A stretch of 63,718 bases of DNA, filler included, from Craspedostauros australis (lineage: Eukaryota): the NCBI GenBank assembly GCA_030167865.1. It is 13 parts of 13 records of this genome, joined end to end, with 100 filler letters (N's around TTAATTAATTAA, not from the genome) between each part and the next. Parts side by side here need not be neighbours in the genome. Positions count along the whole stretch, not along the records: positions 62,495 to 63,718 come from JALAGF010002188.1; 12 more parts are not named here. One strand, written 5' to 3'. Position 1 is the stretch's first letter. Every line of letters begins with the position of its first letter. The translations under genes and the position numbers were made by a program. Positions 62,495-63,718 of this stretch are shown here, in pieces. Under the pieces are notes generated by a model. The model was not told the DNA's origin, searched no databases, and saw only the letters and a list, made by a program, of their open reading frames with translations.

Positions 62495-63491
62495 ATGGCA
62501 TGATTCTTGACACCTCCAAGGTCACAGTCCAGGCCTTTGGACAGGGCTCCAATGCTGGGACAAAAGTGCATGTCAAAGTCTGCGTCCCGACTCCTCCAGC
62601 TTTCCCCGCACCCCTTCCCGCACCGACTATCCAACCAGCAAAGAAAGGCAAGCGCATCCAATGCCGCAAGGCTGGTGACAACGAAGCCTTCCGCCCCAAG
62701 GGACGCAACAAAATCAAGAGCAGGAAATCAAATGCGGGAAGATTCCAAAACAAGCACAACANNNNNNNNNNNNNNNNNNNNNNNNNNAGATGCGTTTGAA
62801 ACCATCCACAAGGTTTGCAAGAGCTTGGAGTGAAGAACCTTGCGACTGTGCTGACCAAATTTCCTCGTTGCGGATTTGTGTTGGGGCGCAAATCCAACAA
62901 GCAAGTGTGGAGCAAAGCGAAGAAGATCTTCGCGGTGGCCTCCAATGCGCTGTGGAAAGCGCTGATTCTGGCAATGAACTTGCCAATTCCTCAGATGGAA
63001 CAGGTGGTGGTGTTCGTGCGCGTGGGGGTAGACTTGCCGCCTATCAAGCTGGCTCCCAACCTCTACGCGATTTGCCTCGTTGGCAAGAAAAACATTGCAC
63101 GCAAAGCAAGGTGCATTCTTGCCATGTCTACCTCGCCATGCCAGTGCACTAACCTTCTCACCCAACACAAGAGCGAACTTCCTGACGTTCAGCGTCTCGG
63201 CCTCTTGCCACAGCAATACACCATCACGCGGGGCCAGCTCCTCACTCTGCGCAACTACTACGAGCTCTTGCGCGAGGGCAACGTGCTTGGTGCTGCTGTT
63301 CACGACTATCACGTCAGCGCATACAGCTTGGCCAGCATGGTGTCCTTCATCAGCAACACAACCACATACAAGGTGGGCCTTTGTCACAATATCTAATTGG
63401 GAGGGGTGATATTTGAAAACGTGCCAGTATTCGAATGTGGCAGAACGAGCATAGATGAGCTGTTCCACATGTACAAGACTACGACGAACAA
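62495..63491 (+). pseudogene. Unidentified, probably decayed coding sequence cut by an LTR
   Basis: ORF pieces 62500..62799 and 62815..63396 are in one frame. The frame continues past TAA 63394-63396 (LGGVIFENVPVFECG...) up to the LTR. No family recognised. Confidence 0.3.
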
Positions 63492-63718
63492 TGTCGAGAT
63501 GTACATGTGAGTATATATCAAGATGTACGTGTATATGTGCATCGTTCACCCGCTATTCTCTCATACACACTTGGACGGTATAACTACATTCGTGTCGATA
63601 GTATACTGTGATTCGTCAGAATTACAGGGGAAATGGAACACACGAAAAGGGGCAAGATTTGTGGAGGAAATTTGCAAATGACGATTTCTGAGAGAATTGG
63701 AAGATCGTCCGTCCATCC
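63492..63718 (+). mobile_element. LTR, same family as 51970-52200 (runs to window end)
   Basis: TGTCGAGATGTACATGTGAGTATAT...GAAGATCGTCCGTCCATCC aligns to the reverse complement of 51974-52200. Confidence 0.8.

Overview
Eukaryotic DNA, most likely a diatom or other stramenopile. The inference rests on GT-AG introns, CoDi-like Copia elements, an Ambal-like RNase H LINE, a bipartite plastid-targeting signal and a KxxK-tailed secreted protein. The window is not one locus: 13 contigs are joined by twelve artificial 100-nt linkers (N44-TTAATTAATTAA-N44). The small contigs are mostly transposon relics (piggyBac, Ty3/Gypsy, three Ty1/Copia pieces, LINE RNase H region), plus a 1.5-kb (GPTS)n mucin-like coding repeat and a decayed secreted protein. 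Contig 9769-24058 carries an ankyrin(-BTB) gene and a full-length 8.66-kb APE-RT-RNase H LINE with a perfect 17-bp target-site duplication. Contigs 25721-36999 and 37100-55479 carry ordinary host genes: a glycosyltransferase-like protein, Cullin-3, a membrane protein, UVRAG/Atg14-like, ArfGAP, Sel1-repeat, NDUFB2, a J-domain protein and a plastid RlmI-like methyltransferase. The latter contig ends with an LTR+PBS, a second decayed LINE copy and a Harbinger fragment. Best leads: (1) a PDZ-like domain between integrase and RT in a Copia polyprotein; (2) a TGA at the same codon between RT and RNase H in two diverged LINE copies; (3) a conserved structured, non-poly(A) LINE 3' end; (4) an intron-shaped 296-nt insertion in the LINE; (5) a hypervariable ankyrin array probably spliced to BTB; (6) the GPTS repeat under protein-level constraint. 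All calls were made by eye from motifs; no database search was run.
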